A stretch of DNA of 64,000 nt from Pseudomonadota bacterium (GTDB lineage Bacteria > Pseudomonadota > Gammaproteobacteria > Steroidobacterales > Steroidobacteraceae): contig JAEYUC010000051.1 of assembly GCA_023433705.1 (NCBI GenBank), positions 18,968-82,967 of the forward strand, written 5' to 3'. A program made the translations under genes and the position numbers. This document shows positions 10,927 through 19,315 of the stretch, piece after piece (position 1 is the first letter of the stretch; the number at the start of each line of letters is the position of its first letter). The notes beneath the pieces are model-generated. The model did no database searches. It was not told the origin of the DNA and worked only from the letters and a program-made list of their open reading frames with translations.

Positions 10927-11532
10927 ATGCGTCATCACCTTTCCGGTCGCCAGCTGTCGCGCAATGCGCCGCACCGTCACGCGTTGCTTCGCAACCTGTC
11001 GGTCGCGCTGCTGCGCCACGAGACCATCCGCACCACCGTGCCGAAGGCCAAGGAACTGCGTCGCGTCGTCGAGCCGCTGATCACCCTCGGCAAGGAAGAC
11101 AGCGAAGCCAACCGCCGTCTCGCGTTCTCGCGCCTGCGCGATTCCGAGATCGTCACGAAGCTGTTCGAAACCATCGGTCCGCGCTTCAAGGCGCGTCCGG
11201 GTGGTTACACCCGCATCCTGCACATGGCGCCGCGTCCCGGCGACAACGCCCCCATGGCGCTGATGCAGCTCGTCGAGCGTTCGCAGCCGGTGGCCGTCGA
11301 GGCCGCTCCGGAAGACAAGCCGGCGAAGAAGGCTGCCAAGCCGAAGGCCGAGACCGTGAGCAAGGAAGACAAGAAGGCGAAGGCCGAAGCGAAGAAGGCG
11401 CGCGAGAAGGCCGCGAAGGCCGCCAAGGCGGAGAAGACCGCCAAGGCCGCCGCCGCGAAGGCCGACAAGAAGAAGGTCGCCGCGCCGAAGAAGAAAAAGA
11501 CCGCCGCCAAGAAAAAGAAGTCGTCGAAGTAA
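10927..11532 (+). CDS. rplQ: 50S ribosomal protein L17 with an approximately 80-aa Lys/Ala-rich C-terminal extension
   Basis: [24 protein letters not shown]... is the L17 core (about 120 aa). A KA-rich tail follows, ...[37 protein letters not shown]... Confidence 0.95.
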   Translation: MRHHLSGRQLSRNAPHRHALLRNLSVALLRHETIRTTVPKAKELRRVVEPLITLGKEDSEANRRLAFSRLRDSEIVTKLFETIGPRFKARPGGYTRILHMAPRPGDNAPMALMQLVERSQPVAVEAAPEDKPAKKAAKPKAETVSKEDKKAKAEAKKAREKAAKAAKAEKTAKAAAAKADKKKVAAPKKKKTAAKKKKSSK

Positions 11533-11535
11533 TTC

Positions 11536-11562
11536 GGGGACAGATTTATTTATCGACGATAA
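11536..11562 (+). repeat. REP element copy a (GGGGACAGATTTATTTATCGACGATAA)
   Basis: It shares an 18-nt head, GGGGACAGATTTATTTAT, with copies at 12351-12374 (inverted), 12847-12873 and 12900-12925 (inverted). Its tail TTATCG-A-CGATAA is a short palindrome. Confidence 0.8.
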
Positions 11563-12277
11563 CGGGCGCTTTGGCGCCCGTTTTCTTTTCGGCCTTCACC
11601 GGCCGGCCGCGATTTCGCCGTGGAAGGTTTTTGTCCGCCGATGCCGTGACCGTTTCGGCGAAATCCTCCGTCGACGTCGTCGTCCCCCGTTGCAATGAGT
11701 TTCTGATGTGTCGCAGCTCGAGTTCGTCATCACCTTCGGCGACGAACTCCCGATAGCGCTGCCACCGCCGTTGCACGTTGTCCGAGAGCGATGGCGTCAC
11801 CGGATCCACGTCGAGCCAATCAACGACGCTCTCTCCGACGTGTGAGCGATAGCTCGACCAGCGATATTGCCCCGCGGACGCCACCATCCGCGCGCGAACC
11901 GGATTTCGATCGATGTATCGAAGGCACGCGAGGAGATACCGATCCGTTTCGATCGGACTGCTCTTGAACCGCCCGCTCCACAAGGTGCCCGACCGGGTTT
12001 CGATGCGATTCACGCGGCGCGTGTGACGGCCGGCGAGCCGCTTCATGAGCCTTCCGATGTTCTCTGTGTTCAATCCAGGATCGACGATCAGGTGCACGTG
12101 ATTCGTCATCAGGCAGTAACCGTAGATCCTGAGTTCGAGCGACTCGCGAAACTCGGCCAGCGTCTCGAGATAGGCGAGGTAGTCGCCCTCATGGCGAAAG
12201 ACGTCGCGACCGTTGTGTCCGCGTTGATAGAGATGGTGAGGGAATCCCGGAAGCAGGATTCGGCCGATGCGGGGCAT
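11546..12277 (-). CDS. REP-associated tyrosine transposase (RAYT; IS200/IS605-like Y1 HUH transposase family)
   Basis: 243 aa, MPRIGRILLPGFPHHLYQRGHNGRDVF...YGYCLMTNHVHLIVDPG (HUH motif)...RYIDRNPVRA (catalytic Tyr motif). Flanked by inverted REP copies. Confidence 0.85.
   Translation of the reverse strand: MPRIGRILLPGFPHHLYQRGHNGRDVFRHEGDYLAYLETLAEFRESLELRIYGYCLMTNHVHLIVDPGLNTENIGRLMKRLAGRHTRRVNRIETRSGTLWSGRFKSSPIETDRYLLACLRYIDRNPVRARMVASAGQYRWSSYRSHVGESVVDWLDVDPVTPSLSDNVQRRWQRYREFVAEGDDELELRHIRNSLQRGTTTSTEDFAETVTASADKNLPRRNRGRPVKAEKKTGAKAPVIVDK
11562..11590 (+). terminator. rho-independent terminator of the alpha operon
   Basis: ACGGGCGC, loop TTTG, GCGCCCGT, followed by TTTCTTTTC, 30 nt after the rplQ stop. 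Confidence 0.75.
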
Positions 12278-12350
12278 CCTTGCCTCCGTGTCATTGGGCG
12301 GCTAGTTTAGTCGGGAGGGCTCTCGGTGGACGCCGGTTTAACTGGCGTAA

Positions 12351-12374
12351 TCGTTCATAAATAAATCTGTCCCC
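12351..12374 (-). repeat. REP element copy b (inverted relative to copy a)
   Basis: The reverse complement reads GGGGACAGATTTATTTATGAACGA. It lies 74 nt upstream of the RAYT start and 12 nt before mscL. Confidence 0.8.
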
Positions 12375-12385
12375 AAGGGGGTGCC

Positions 12386-12781
12386 ATGGGTCTCGCAACA
12401 GAATTCAAACAATTTGCGATGAGGGGCAACGTGATCGACATGGCCGTCGGTGTCATCATCGGCGCCGCGTTCGGCAAGATCGTCACCTCGGTCGTCGAAG
12501 ACATCATCATGCCGCCGATCGGCAAGCTGATCGGCGGCGTGAACTTCACCGACCTCTCGATAGGCCTTGGCTACGGCCCGGACGGAACGACGGAAGTGCT
12601 GTGGAGATACGGCAACTTCCTGCAGGTTGTCTTTCAGTTCCTCATCGTCGCGTTCGTGTTGTTCATGCTGATCCGCGGGATCAACAAGTTGAAGACGCCG
12701 GACCCGGCCGCGCCACCGCCGCCGCCCTCGCGCCAAGAGGTGTTGCTCGAGGAAATCCGCGACCTTCTCGCGAAGAAGTAG
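12386..12781 (+). CDS. mscL: large-conductance mechanosensitive channel
   Basis: 131 aa, ...[41 protein letters not shown]... Confidence 0.95.
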   Translation: MGLATEFKQFAMRGNVIDMAVGVIIGAAFGKIVTSVVEDIIMPPIGKLIGGVNFTDLSIGLGYGPDGTTEVLWRYGNFLQVVFQFLIVAFVLFMLIRGINKLKTPDPAAPPPPPSRQEVLLEEIRDLLAKK

Positions 12782-12846
12782 TCGATACGTCGTCGACGCG
12801 AGGCGCGCCCCGCGGTCCCTCGCGCCGGCGTCCCGCCTCTCCGATC

Positions 12847-12925
12847 GGGGACAGATTTATTTATTGACGATAAAGGCTTGCGGCATCAATCCTCCGCAAT
12901 ATCGTCAATAAATATATCTGTCCCC
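12847..12925. repeat. REP doublet (copies c and d in inverted orientation, forming a long hairpin)
   Basis: GGGGACAGATTTATTTATTGACGATAA (12847-12873) faces TATCGTCAATAAATATATCTGTCCCC (12900-12925). The pair fills the gap between the convergent genes mscL and pepQ. Confidence 0.8.
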
Positions 12926-12927
12926 GA

Positions 12928-14268
12928 TCAGAACGCGGGGCGGGTGAGGTTTTCGTGGCCGTCGGGCCGCGCGACGACATCGTCCTCGATGCGTACTCCG
13001 CCGAACGGCTTCAACTGCTCGACGCGCTTCCAATCGATCATTCGACCGAGTGGCTTGGCGCGCACGCCGTCGAGCAGCTGATCGATGAAATAGAACCCGG
13101 GCTCGACGGTCACGACGAAGCCGTCTTCGAGCTTGCGTGTCAACCGCAAGAACGGATGGTTTTGAGGGCGTTCGATGACGCCGCCGCCGGGCTCGCGCTG
13201 CAGTCCACCGACGTCGTGTACCTGCAGGCCGAGCAGGTGCCCGATGCCGTGGGGATAGAACACGCTCGTCAATCCGTTGTCGACCGCCACGTCCGCGCTC
13301 ACGTTGATCACGCCGATCTCGCGCAGGAACTCGCTGATCGCGCGATACGACGCGGCGTGAAAGTCGCGCCAATCGAGACCCACGCGCACTTGCGCGCACA
13401 ACGCGAGCTGCAACGCGTCGAACCGCCGGATGATCTCGGCGAACTCGGCGTCCGCGTAGGAATGCGTGCGCGTGATGTCGCTCGAGTAACCGCCGAACTC
13501 GGCGCCCGCGTCGATGAGCAGCGAATGCTGTTTCGCCGGACGCGTGCGCTGCTGTACCTGGTAGTGAAGGACCGCGCCGCCTTCGTTGAGCGCGACGATC
13601 GGGTTGTACGGCAATTCGCACTCGCGCAGTCCGCATGCCGCCATGAACGCGAGCGCGATCTCGAACTCGCTGCCGCCGGCGCGAAATGCCTTCTCCGCCG
13701 CGACGTGGCCGCGCGCTCCCAGTAAGTTGGCTTCCCGCACGCACGCGATTTCGTACGGCGTCTTCGCCGCGCGGCCATAGTCGAGCTGCGCGACCAAGTG
13801 TTCCGGATTGATGGTGGCCGGACCCCAGGACATGAGCTCCTTGAACGGCGCGCCGATGAATGCCGTCCTCGACAGGTCCTTCGGCAAGGCCGCGCGCGCA
13901 GCCGCGCGATCGGGGCAGCTCACGATGTCGAAGGCATCCGTCCAGTAATCCTTCGGCAGCTCGGGTGACTTGTGCCAGTAGTCAGACGGCTGATGTATCA
14001 GCAGGCGCGGCTTGCGCCCGGGCGTGAAGAAAACGAACGAATCCGGCGCGTCGCCGAGCGGCGCCCAGACCTTGAAAGGCGCCTGCGCGCGAAACGGCAG
14101 GTACTGATCGTCCATGAACAGCGGAGGGGGAGTGCCGGCGTGCAAGAGCAGCGACTCGTAACCCGTCGCGGCGAGCGCCGTGGCCGACCTTTGCTTCACG
14201 ACCTCGATGTGGACGGCGAATGAGCGGGTCCAGTCGGATACGTTCTGTTCAATGGGGAGTGAATTCAT
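12928..14268 (-). CDS. pepQ: Xaa-Pro dipeptidase (prolidase, M24B family)
   Basis: Translation ...VALNEGGAVLHYQ...YSSDITRT...FYPHGIGHLLGLQVHD...VVTVEPGFY... fits the M24B family. I chose the start at internal Met MNSLPIEQ (14268); the track ORF extends to 14313. Confidence 0.85.
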   Translation of the reverse strand: MNSLPIEQNVSDWTRSFAVHIEVVKQRSATALAATGYESLLLHAGTPPPLFMDDQYLPFRAQAPFKVWAPLGDAPDSFVFFTPGRKPRLLIHQPSDYWHKSPELPKDYWTDAFDIVSCPDRAAARAALPKDLSRTAFIGAPFKELMSWGPATINPEHLVAQLDYGRAAKTPYEIACVREANLLGARGHVAAEKAFRAGGSEFEIALAFMAACGLRECELPYNPIVALNEGGAVLHYQVQQRTRPAKQHSLLIDAGAEFGGYSSDITRTHSYADAEFAEIIRRFDALQLALCAQVRVGLDWRDFHAASYRAISEFLREIGVINVSADVAVDNGLTSVFYPHGIGHLLGLQVHDVGGLQREPGGGVIERPQNHPFLRLTRKLEDGFVVTVEPGFYFIDQLLDGVRAKPLGRMIDWKRVEQLKPFGGVRIEDDVVARPDGHENLTRPAF

Positions 14269-14529
14269 GAGCGGGATTCTATGCGCCGTGCGATTTACAG
14301 GGATTTGACGCATTGCAGCAAGCCCTTGGTTTTGTTGGCAAGCGTTTTATCGAGCGACGAAGGTTGATCGCGATTCGATCAACGCCTGACTAATGACTGT
14401 CGCCATCTGCGGACAAATGCGGCGTGTTTCAAATGGTTTGAGGAATCGATAAGATCGCGCTCGCGATGCAAATCGCAACAAACGTTTGTTTGGTCTCACT
14501 TACCACTAGAAAATTTGGGGTACCCCTAC

Positions 14530-14793
14530 ATGAAGATTAACGTCGCTCTCGCCGCCTCGATCGCGGCCCTCGCGCTGATGGCCTGCAGCAAGCAGGAAGC
14601 CGTTTCCACGGAAGCCGCTGCTCCGGTTGCTGAAGAAGCCGCTGCCGCCGCGTCGGAAGCCGCTGCCGCCACGACGGAAGCCGCCGAAGCCACCTCGGAA
14701 GCCGCCGCTGCCGCGACGGAAGCCGCCGCTGCCACGGCTGAAGCCGCTGCTGCTCCGGCCGAGGCCGCCCCGGCGGAGACGCCGGCGCAGTAA
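14530..14793 (+). CDS. Ala/Glu-rich low-complexity lipoprotein (hypothetical)
   Basis: MKINVALAASIAALALMAC carries a lipobox (LMAC). Repeated EAAAA(A/T)-type units follow and the protein ends ...AAPAETPAQ. A strong terminator lies downstream. Confidence 0.6.
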   Translation: MKINVALAASIAALALMACSKQEAVSTEAAAPVAEEAAAAASEAAAATTEAAEATSEAAAAATEAAAATAEAAAAPAEAAPAETPAQ

Positions 14794-14837
14794 TCGATTT
14801 ATCGATTATTGCCTCGAGCCTTCAGGCTCAATGACGG

Positions 14838-14880
14838 CCCGGGCAGTACGTAACGACGTCTGCCCGGGTTTTGTCTTTTC
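14838..14880 (+). terminator. rho-independent terminator
   Basis: CCCGGGCAG (14838-14846) pairs with CTGCCCGGG (14860-14868) and is followed by TTTTGTCTTTTC. Confidence 0.8.
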
Positions 14881-14912
14881 TGGAAGTCGATTTTAGTTAG
14901 AGGGGCTTTCGC

Positions 14913-15443
14913 GTGACGGTCAGTGTTCGAGATGCCCGCGGTGCCGACCGCGATCGTGAGTGGATAGAGCGCGCGTACCGCGACTATCTCGACGATCTGT
15001 CGCCGCTCAACACCGGGGTCTTCAACACGACCTCGCTCGGCGAGATCGGTTACAGCGAATCCGACCAGCTCGCCCGCTGGTTCGGCGATCCCTCCGTCAA
15101 TCCGCTGATCATCATGCGCGGCGCCGACCCTGCCGGCTTCGCCATGGTCGCGCGCGGCGCGATGCCCGGCCGTCCGCCGGTCGATTACCGCATGGCGGAA
15201 TTTTTCGTCGCGCGTGTTTACCGGCGCCGCGGCGTGGGCCGCTCGGCCGTCGAATTGATCCTCAACCGATTCGCGGGGCGCTGGGAGATCACCGAGTGCC
15301 TGCGCAATCCGGTCGCCGTGTCTTTCTGGCGCCGCGTCGTGGCCAACTACACGCAGGGGCGTTACCAGGAACGCGTCACGAACGGCGAGGTGCGCCAGGT
15401 GTTCGACTCCGGCAACTCGCGCGCCGCGAGCGCTACGAAGTGA
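14913..15443 (+). CDS. GNAT-family N-acetyltransferase (putative)
   Basis: 176 aa with a GTG start. VARVYRRRGVGRSAVELIL resembles the acetyl-CoA binding R/QxxGxG/A motif. Confidence 0.6.
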   Translation: MTVSVRDARGADRDREWIERAYRDYLDDLSPLNTGVFNTTSLGEIGYSESDQLARWFGDPSVNPLIIMRGADPAGFAMVARGAMPGRPPVDYRMAEFFVARVYRRRGVGRSAVELILNRFAGRWEITECLRNPVAVSFWRRVVANYTQGRYQERVTNGEVRQVFDSGNSRAASATK

Positions 15444-17167
15444 ATGCGTCGCGCCGGCTGTCCGCAGCTGTCGCGGCCCTGATCATCGCACCCATGGTCA
15501 TGGAAGGTTCCGCCGCCGGTCCGCGTCCCAGCGGATCGCTCGTTCCCACGCGCTCGGAGGTCATCGCCACACACGGCATGGCGGCGACCAGTCATCCGCT
15601 CGTGAGCCAGATCGCGCTGGACGTGCTCAAACGCGGCGGCACCGCGGTCGACGCCGCGATCGCCGCCAACGCGGCCATCGGGTTGATGGAGCCGACGGGC
15701 AATGGCATCGGTGGCGACCTGTTCGCCATCGTCTGGGATGCGAAGTCCGGAAAGCTGCACGGACTCAACGCGAGCGGCCGCTCGCCGCAATCGCTGACGT
15801 TCGAGAAATTGCAGGCGGAGCTGAAGCGGCTCGATCGCAAGACGATTCCGCCGACGGGGCCGTTGCCGGTCTCGGTGCCCGGCACCGTCGACGGGTGGTT
15901 CGAGTTGCACGGCAAGTTCGGCAAGCTGCCGATGAAGGAACTGCTGCAGCCCGCGATCTCCTATGCGCGCGATGGATTTCCCGTCACCGAGGTCATCGCG
16001 GCGGGCTGGGCGACGAATGTCCGCACCCTCGCGAAGTTTCCGAACTTCGCGGAAACCTTCATGCCGAACGGCCGGGCGCCGGCCAAGGGCGAGATCTTCC
16101 GTAATCCGCTGCTCGCGGACACGTTGTCGCGCATCGCCGAGGGCGGGCGCGACGCGTTCTACAAGGGCGACATCGCGCAGCGCATCGGGAATTACATGCG
16201 CGCGAACGGCGGTTACCTCACGGCCGCGGACCTGGCCGCGCACCGCTCCGAGTGGGTGGAGCCGGTGTCCACTAACTACCGTGGATACGACGTGTGGGAG
16301 CTGCCGCCCAACACGCAGGGCGTCGCGGCGCTGCAGATGCTCAACATTCTCGAGGGATACGACATCAGGTCGATGGGTTTCGGCAGCGCCGACTACCTGC
16401 ACGCGTTCGTCGAGGCCAAGAAACTGGCGTTCGAAGACCGCGCGCGTTATTACGCGGATCCGGGGTTCGCGAAGATTCCGCTGAAGACGCTGCTGTCGAA
16501 GGACTACGCGGCGAAGCGCCGCGGACTCATCGACTCGAAGAAGGCCGCGCGCGAGTATCCCGTCGACACCAAGGCTCTCGACCAGAGCGACACCATCTAC
16601 ATGACCGTGGCCGACGCCGCGGGCAACATGGTGTCGCTGATCCAGAGCAACTACCGCGGCCTGGGTTCGGGCATGACGCCCGACGGCTGCGGTTTCATCC
16701 TGCAGGATCGCGGCGAGCTGTTCTCGATGACGCCGGGCCACGCGAATGTGTACGCGCCCGGAAAGCGGCCCTTCCACACCATCATTCCCGCGTTCGTCAC
16801 GAAGGACGGCAAACCCTGGCTGTCGTTCGGCGTCATGGGCGGCGGCATGCAGCCGCAGGGTCACGCGCAAATCGTCGTGAACCTCGTCGACTTCGGCATG
16901 AACTTCCAGGAAGCCGGCGATGCGCCGCGCGTGCGTCACGAGGGCTCGAGCGAACCCACGGACGAGAGGATGCGCGACGGCGGCGAGGTACTGCTCGAGC
17001 AAGGTTTCCCGCTCGATGTCGTGAAATCACTGCAGGCCCGTGGTCACAAGGTGACCGTCAGGAACGATGGCGGGTTTGGCGGTTACCAGGCCATCCATCG
17101 AAATGCGGAAGGGGTGTATTTCGGGGCGTCCGAGTCGCGCAAGGACGGCGCGGCCCAGGGTTACTGA
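15440..17167 (+). CDS. ggt: gamma-glutamyltransferase
   Basis: The GTG at 15440 overlaps the GNAT stop (GTGA). The N-terminus, read by hand as MNASRRLSAAVAALIIAPMVMEGSAAG, looks like a signal peptide. It continues ...ATHGMAATSHPLVSQIALDVLKRGGTAVDAAIA...DTIYMTVADAAGNMVSLIQSNY...FGVMGG. The upstream 160 aa of track ORF 14960..17167 overlap the GNAT gene out of frame. Confidence 0.9.
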   Translation: MNASRRLSAAVAALIIAPMVMEGSAAGPRPSGSLVPTRSEVIATHGMAATSHPLVSQIALDVLKRGGTAVDAAIAANAAIGLMEPTGNGIGGDLFAIVWDAKSGKLHGLNASGRSPQSLTFEKLQAELKRLDRKTIPPTGPLPVSVPGTVDGWFELHGKFGKLPMKELLQPAISYARDGFPVTEVIAAGWATNVRTLAKFPNFAETFMPNGRAPAKGEIFRNPLLADTLSRIAEGGRDAFYKGDIAQRIGNYMRANGGYLTAADLAAHRSEWVEPVSTNYRGYDVWELPPNTQGVAALQMLNILEGYDIRSMGFGSADYLHAFVEAKKLAFEDRARYYADPGFAKIPLKTLLSKDYAAKRRGLIDSKKAAREYPVDTKALDQSDTIYMTVADAAGNMVSLIQSNYRGLGSGMTPDGCGFILQDRGELFSMTPGHANVYAPGKRPFHTIIPAFVTKDGKPWLSFGVMGGGMQPQGHAQIVVNLVDFGMNFQEAGDAPRVRHEGSSEPTDERMRDGGEVLLEQGFPLDVVKSLQARGHKVTVRNDGGFGGYQAIHRNAEGVYFGASESRKDGAAQGY

Positions 17168-17178
17168 CCGCCCTGCCC

Positions 17179-17203
17179 GGGGACAGACTTCAAGTCTGCC
17201 CCC
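17179..17203. repeat. GC hairpin GGGGACAGACTT-CA-AGTCTGCCCCC between convergent genes (terminator and/or REP-like)
   Basis: 12-nt arms with one mismatch. It shares the GGGGACAGA head with the REP family at 11.5-12.9 kb. Confidence 0.5.
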
Positions 17204-17350
17204 TTCCGTGAAACCGTTTCGCGGGCTCCGGCCACTCACGTCTGTTGGCGTCGGTGGTCCGGATTGCGCGGGCCTTGTTTACCGATTGCGAGAGCCCGGC
17301 TTCGAATCCTCAGGGGAATCCGGGCCATCGACGCCGACTGACACCACCGC

Positions 17351-19315
17351 TCACTGGATCGCCGGAATCCCGAGATGAATCGAATCCTCGGGAGTTCCGA
17401 ATTCCGACGCCTTCGGCCGGCGCGTAGTCGGCGCCAGCTTGCCCGAGTGGATCGCTTCGATCCGCGCGTGCGTCGCCTTCGCCGCGGCGACGAGCTCGGG
17501 GTAGGGGCGATCGGTGACGTCTATCCACCCGATGTTGTAGTTCTCGCCGTCGCGCCGGCCGGTCGCGGGTTGATCTATCCACTGGTACCAGTGCGTGCCG
17601 ACGATCGCGGGATGCGCGGCCGCGTTCTCGACGTAATACGAGTAGGCGACACCGCGCTCCGCCTGGTTCATCGTCTGCACGAGTCCGGGCGCGAGGCCGC
17701 CCCAGGGCACGCCGAAATGGAACTCGCCGATCAGGATCGGCAGATCCTGGATCTCGTACACGCGATCGATGAAATCCTTCGGCGGCGCCCAGCGGTACTT
17801 GTTCATGCTGTACACGTCGAAGCCGCGCGCGAGCGCGATGACGTCGTCGGGCGGCGTGCCGCCGAAACGGATGCCGAGGTGCAGATGGTTGGGGTCGTGC
17901 CGGCGCACTGCGGCGTTCACAACCTCGAGGTACCGCCGAAACGCCGCGTGCACCATGGCCTTGCGCGCCGCGGGCGTGTCGCCTTTCGCGAGCCCGGCGC
18001 GAAAACGCTGCTGCAGCACGCTGGCAGGCCCGGCGAGCACCAGATCCACGAGCTGGCTCTCGCGCCCCGGCCACGGGGGTTCGTTGCCTATGAAGTAACC
18101 GATCATCCACGGATCGTCCTTGCGCGGCGCGAGCTGCCGCGCGGCATCGGCATCCACGCGCCGCGAGAATTCGTCCGAGTAAACGTCGGGCAATCCCATG
18201 ATCGCGCCTTCGATCATCTGCCAGCCGCGCAGGGGATAGACGTACGGGACCCGCGCGGGCAGGCTCGCTGGCAACTCGTCGTTGAGCGCCGGGCCGTACG
18301 CGGTATTGAGGCCCCATGTCCGCATGCGGCGCGATGTCAGCATCGCGCTCTCCGCGCGCCAGTTGCGGCCGAAACGCTTCATCAGGTTGGCGGCGTAGAA
18401 AGACACTGGATCGCGGAGGGCATTGCCGGTCGCGCCGGGCGCGAACTCCTGCGTCGCCGTCGGGATGCTCGCGAACAGTTTGTCCCGCCCGACGATCTGC
18501 GTGAAAGGCGGCTCCGCGCCCGCGCCATTGACGCCCGCCGACCAGAAGCGGCAACCGGCGGGATCGACGAACCACCAGCGATTGTCGATCTTCTCGACGC
18601 GGAAGAAACCGCTCGCCCGCCGCCGGTCGCTTTCAAAGCCACCGTAACGACACGCAGGCACGTTCTTCGGCACGAGCATCCGCGCTTCCTGGCTCCACTC
18701 GCGCACCAGCACCGCGGTGTCGCGCGCCTTGCCGGGCCAGTCGACGTGTCTGTACTGCCCGTAATCGTCGATGAGCGGCGCGCCGCCATCGAGGATCGCG
18801 TCGCCCACGTCCGTCTTCGACAGGCTCACCTTGCGGATCTCGAGCGTCGCCGCTCGCGCCGGATAACGCATCGTCACGCCGAGCGCTCGCACGTTGCGCA
18901 CGGGTCCGTGGCCGCCGGCCTCGATGTTGATCCAGTAGCTGGCGCGCGGCTGATTGACCGTGGACGCCAGTTCGTCGGCATCGCCGAGCCCCTGCCGATA
19001 GAACCGCAGCGGAATCGAAGCGCGTGTCCAGACGTTGGCGAATGGATGAAGGCGCTTGGAGACCGTGCCGTCGTCGCCGATCAGCGCGAGCTCGAAGCGC
19101 TGGCTCGTCGAGGCGCGGTATTCGAGCACCAGGAATTCGAAGCCGCTCCAGTCGGAAGGCAGCTGCTGATCGAATGCGGACAGCGGCCACTGCGTCGAAG
19201 CCACGTCCGAGGCGAATACCGCTTTCTGTGGCGCCGCTCGCGCGCTGACTACCTGCAGGACGATGGCCGCGACGAGCGCGGCGTACTTCAGAAAACCCCG
19301 GGTATGAAGCGCCAT
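17351..19315 (-). CDS. secreted glycoside hydrolase, clan GH-A-like (family not assignable by eye)
   Basis: Start at the internal Met (19315), MALHTRGFLKYAALVAAIVLQVVSARA, which looks like a signal peptide. Candidate acid/base IGYFIGNEPPWPG and candidate nucleophile PILIGEFHFG motifs are present. Confidence 0.6.
   Translation of the reverse strand: MALHTRGFLKYAALVAAIVLQVVSARAAPQKAVFASDVASTQWPLSAFDQQLPSDWSGFEFLVLEYRASTSQRFELALIGDDGTVSKRLHPFANVWTRASIPLRFYRQGLGDADELASTVNQPRASYWINIEAGGHGPVRNVRALGVTMRYPARAATLEIRKVSLSKTDVGDAILDGGAPLIDDYGQYRHVDWPGKARDTAVLVREWSQEARMLVPKNVPACRYGGFESDRRRASGFFRVEKIDNRWWFVDPAGCRFWSAGVNGAGAEPPFTQIVGRDKLFASIPTATQEFAPGATGNALRDPVSFYAANLMKRFGRNWRAESAMLTSRRMRTWGLNTAYGPALNDELPASLPARVPYVYPLRGWQMIEGAIMGLPDVYSDEFSRRVDADAARQLAPRKDDPWMIGYFIGNEPPWPGRESQLVDLVLAGPASVLQQRFRAGLAKGDTPAARKAMVHAAFRRYLEVVNAAVRRHDPNHLHLGIRFGGTPPDDVIALARGFDVYSMNKYRWAPPKDFIDRVYEIQDLPILIGEFHFGVPWGGLAPGLVQTMNQAERGVAYSYYVENAAAHPAIVGTHWYQWIDQPATGRRDGENYNIGWIDVTDRPYPELVAAAKATHARIEAIHSGKLAPTTRRPKASEFGTPEDSIHLGIPAIQ

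Noticed and set aside
14960-15439. An N-terminal 160-aa extension of the gamma-glutamyltransferase ORF (track ORF 14960..17167).
   Set aside because: It overlaps the GNAT gene in another frame and is Arg-rich nonsense. GGT begins at GTG 15440 with a plausible signal peptide.
17294-17325. A tRNA-like GGCTTCGAATCC (T-loop-like) sequence inside a GCCCGG/CCGGGC hairpin downstream of the GH gene.
   Set aside because: The 5 nt on either side of TTCGAAT are not complementary, and I found no acceptor, D or anticodon arms. It is neither a tRNA nor a convincing tRNA fragment.
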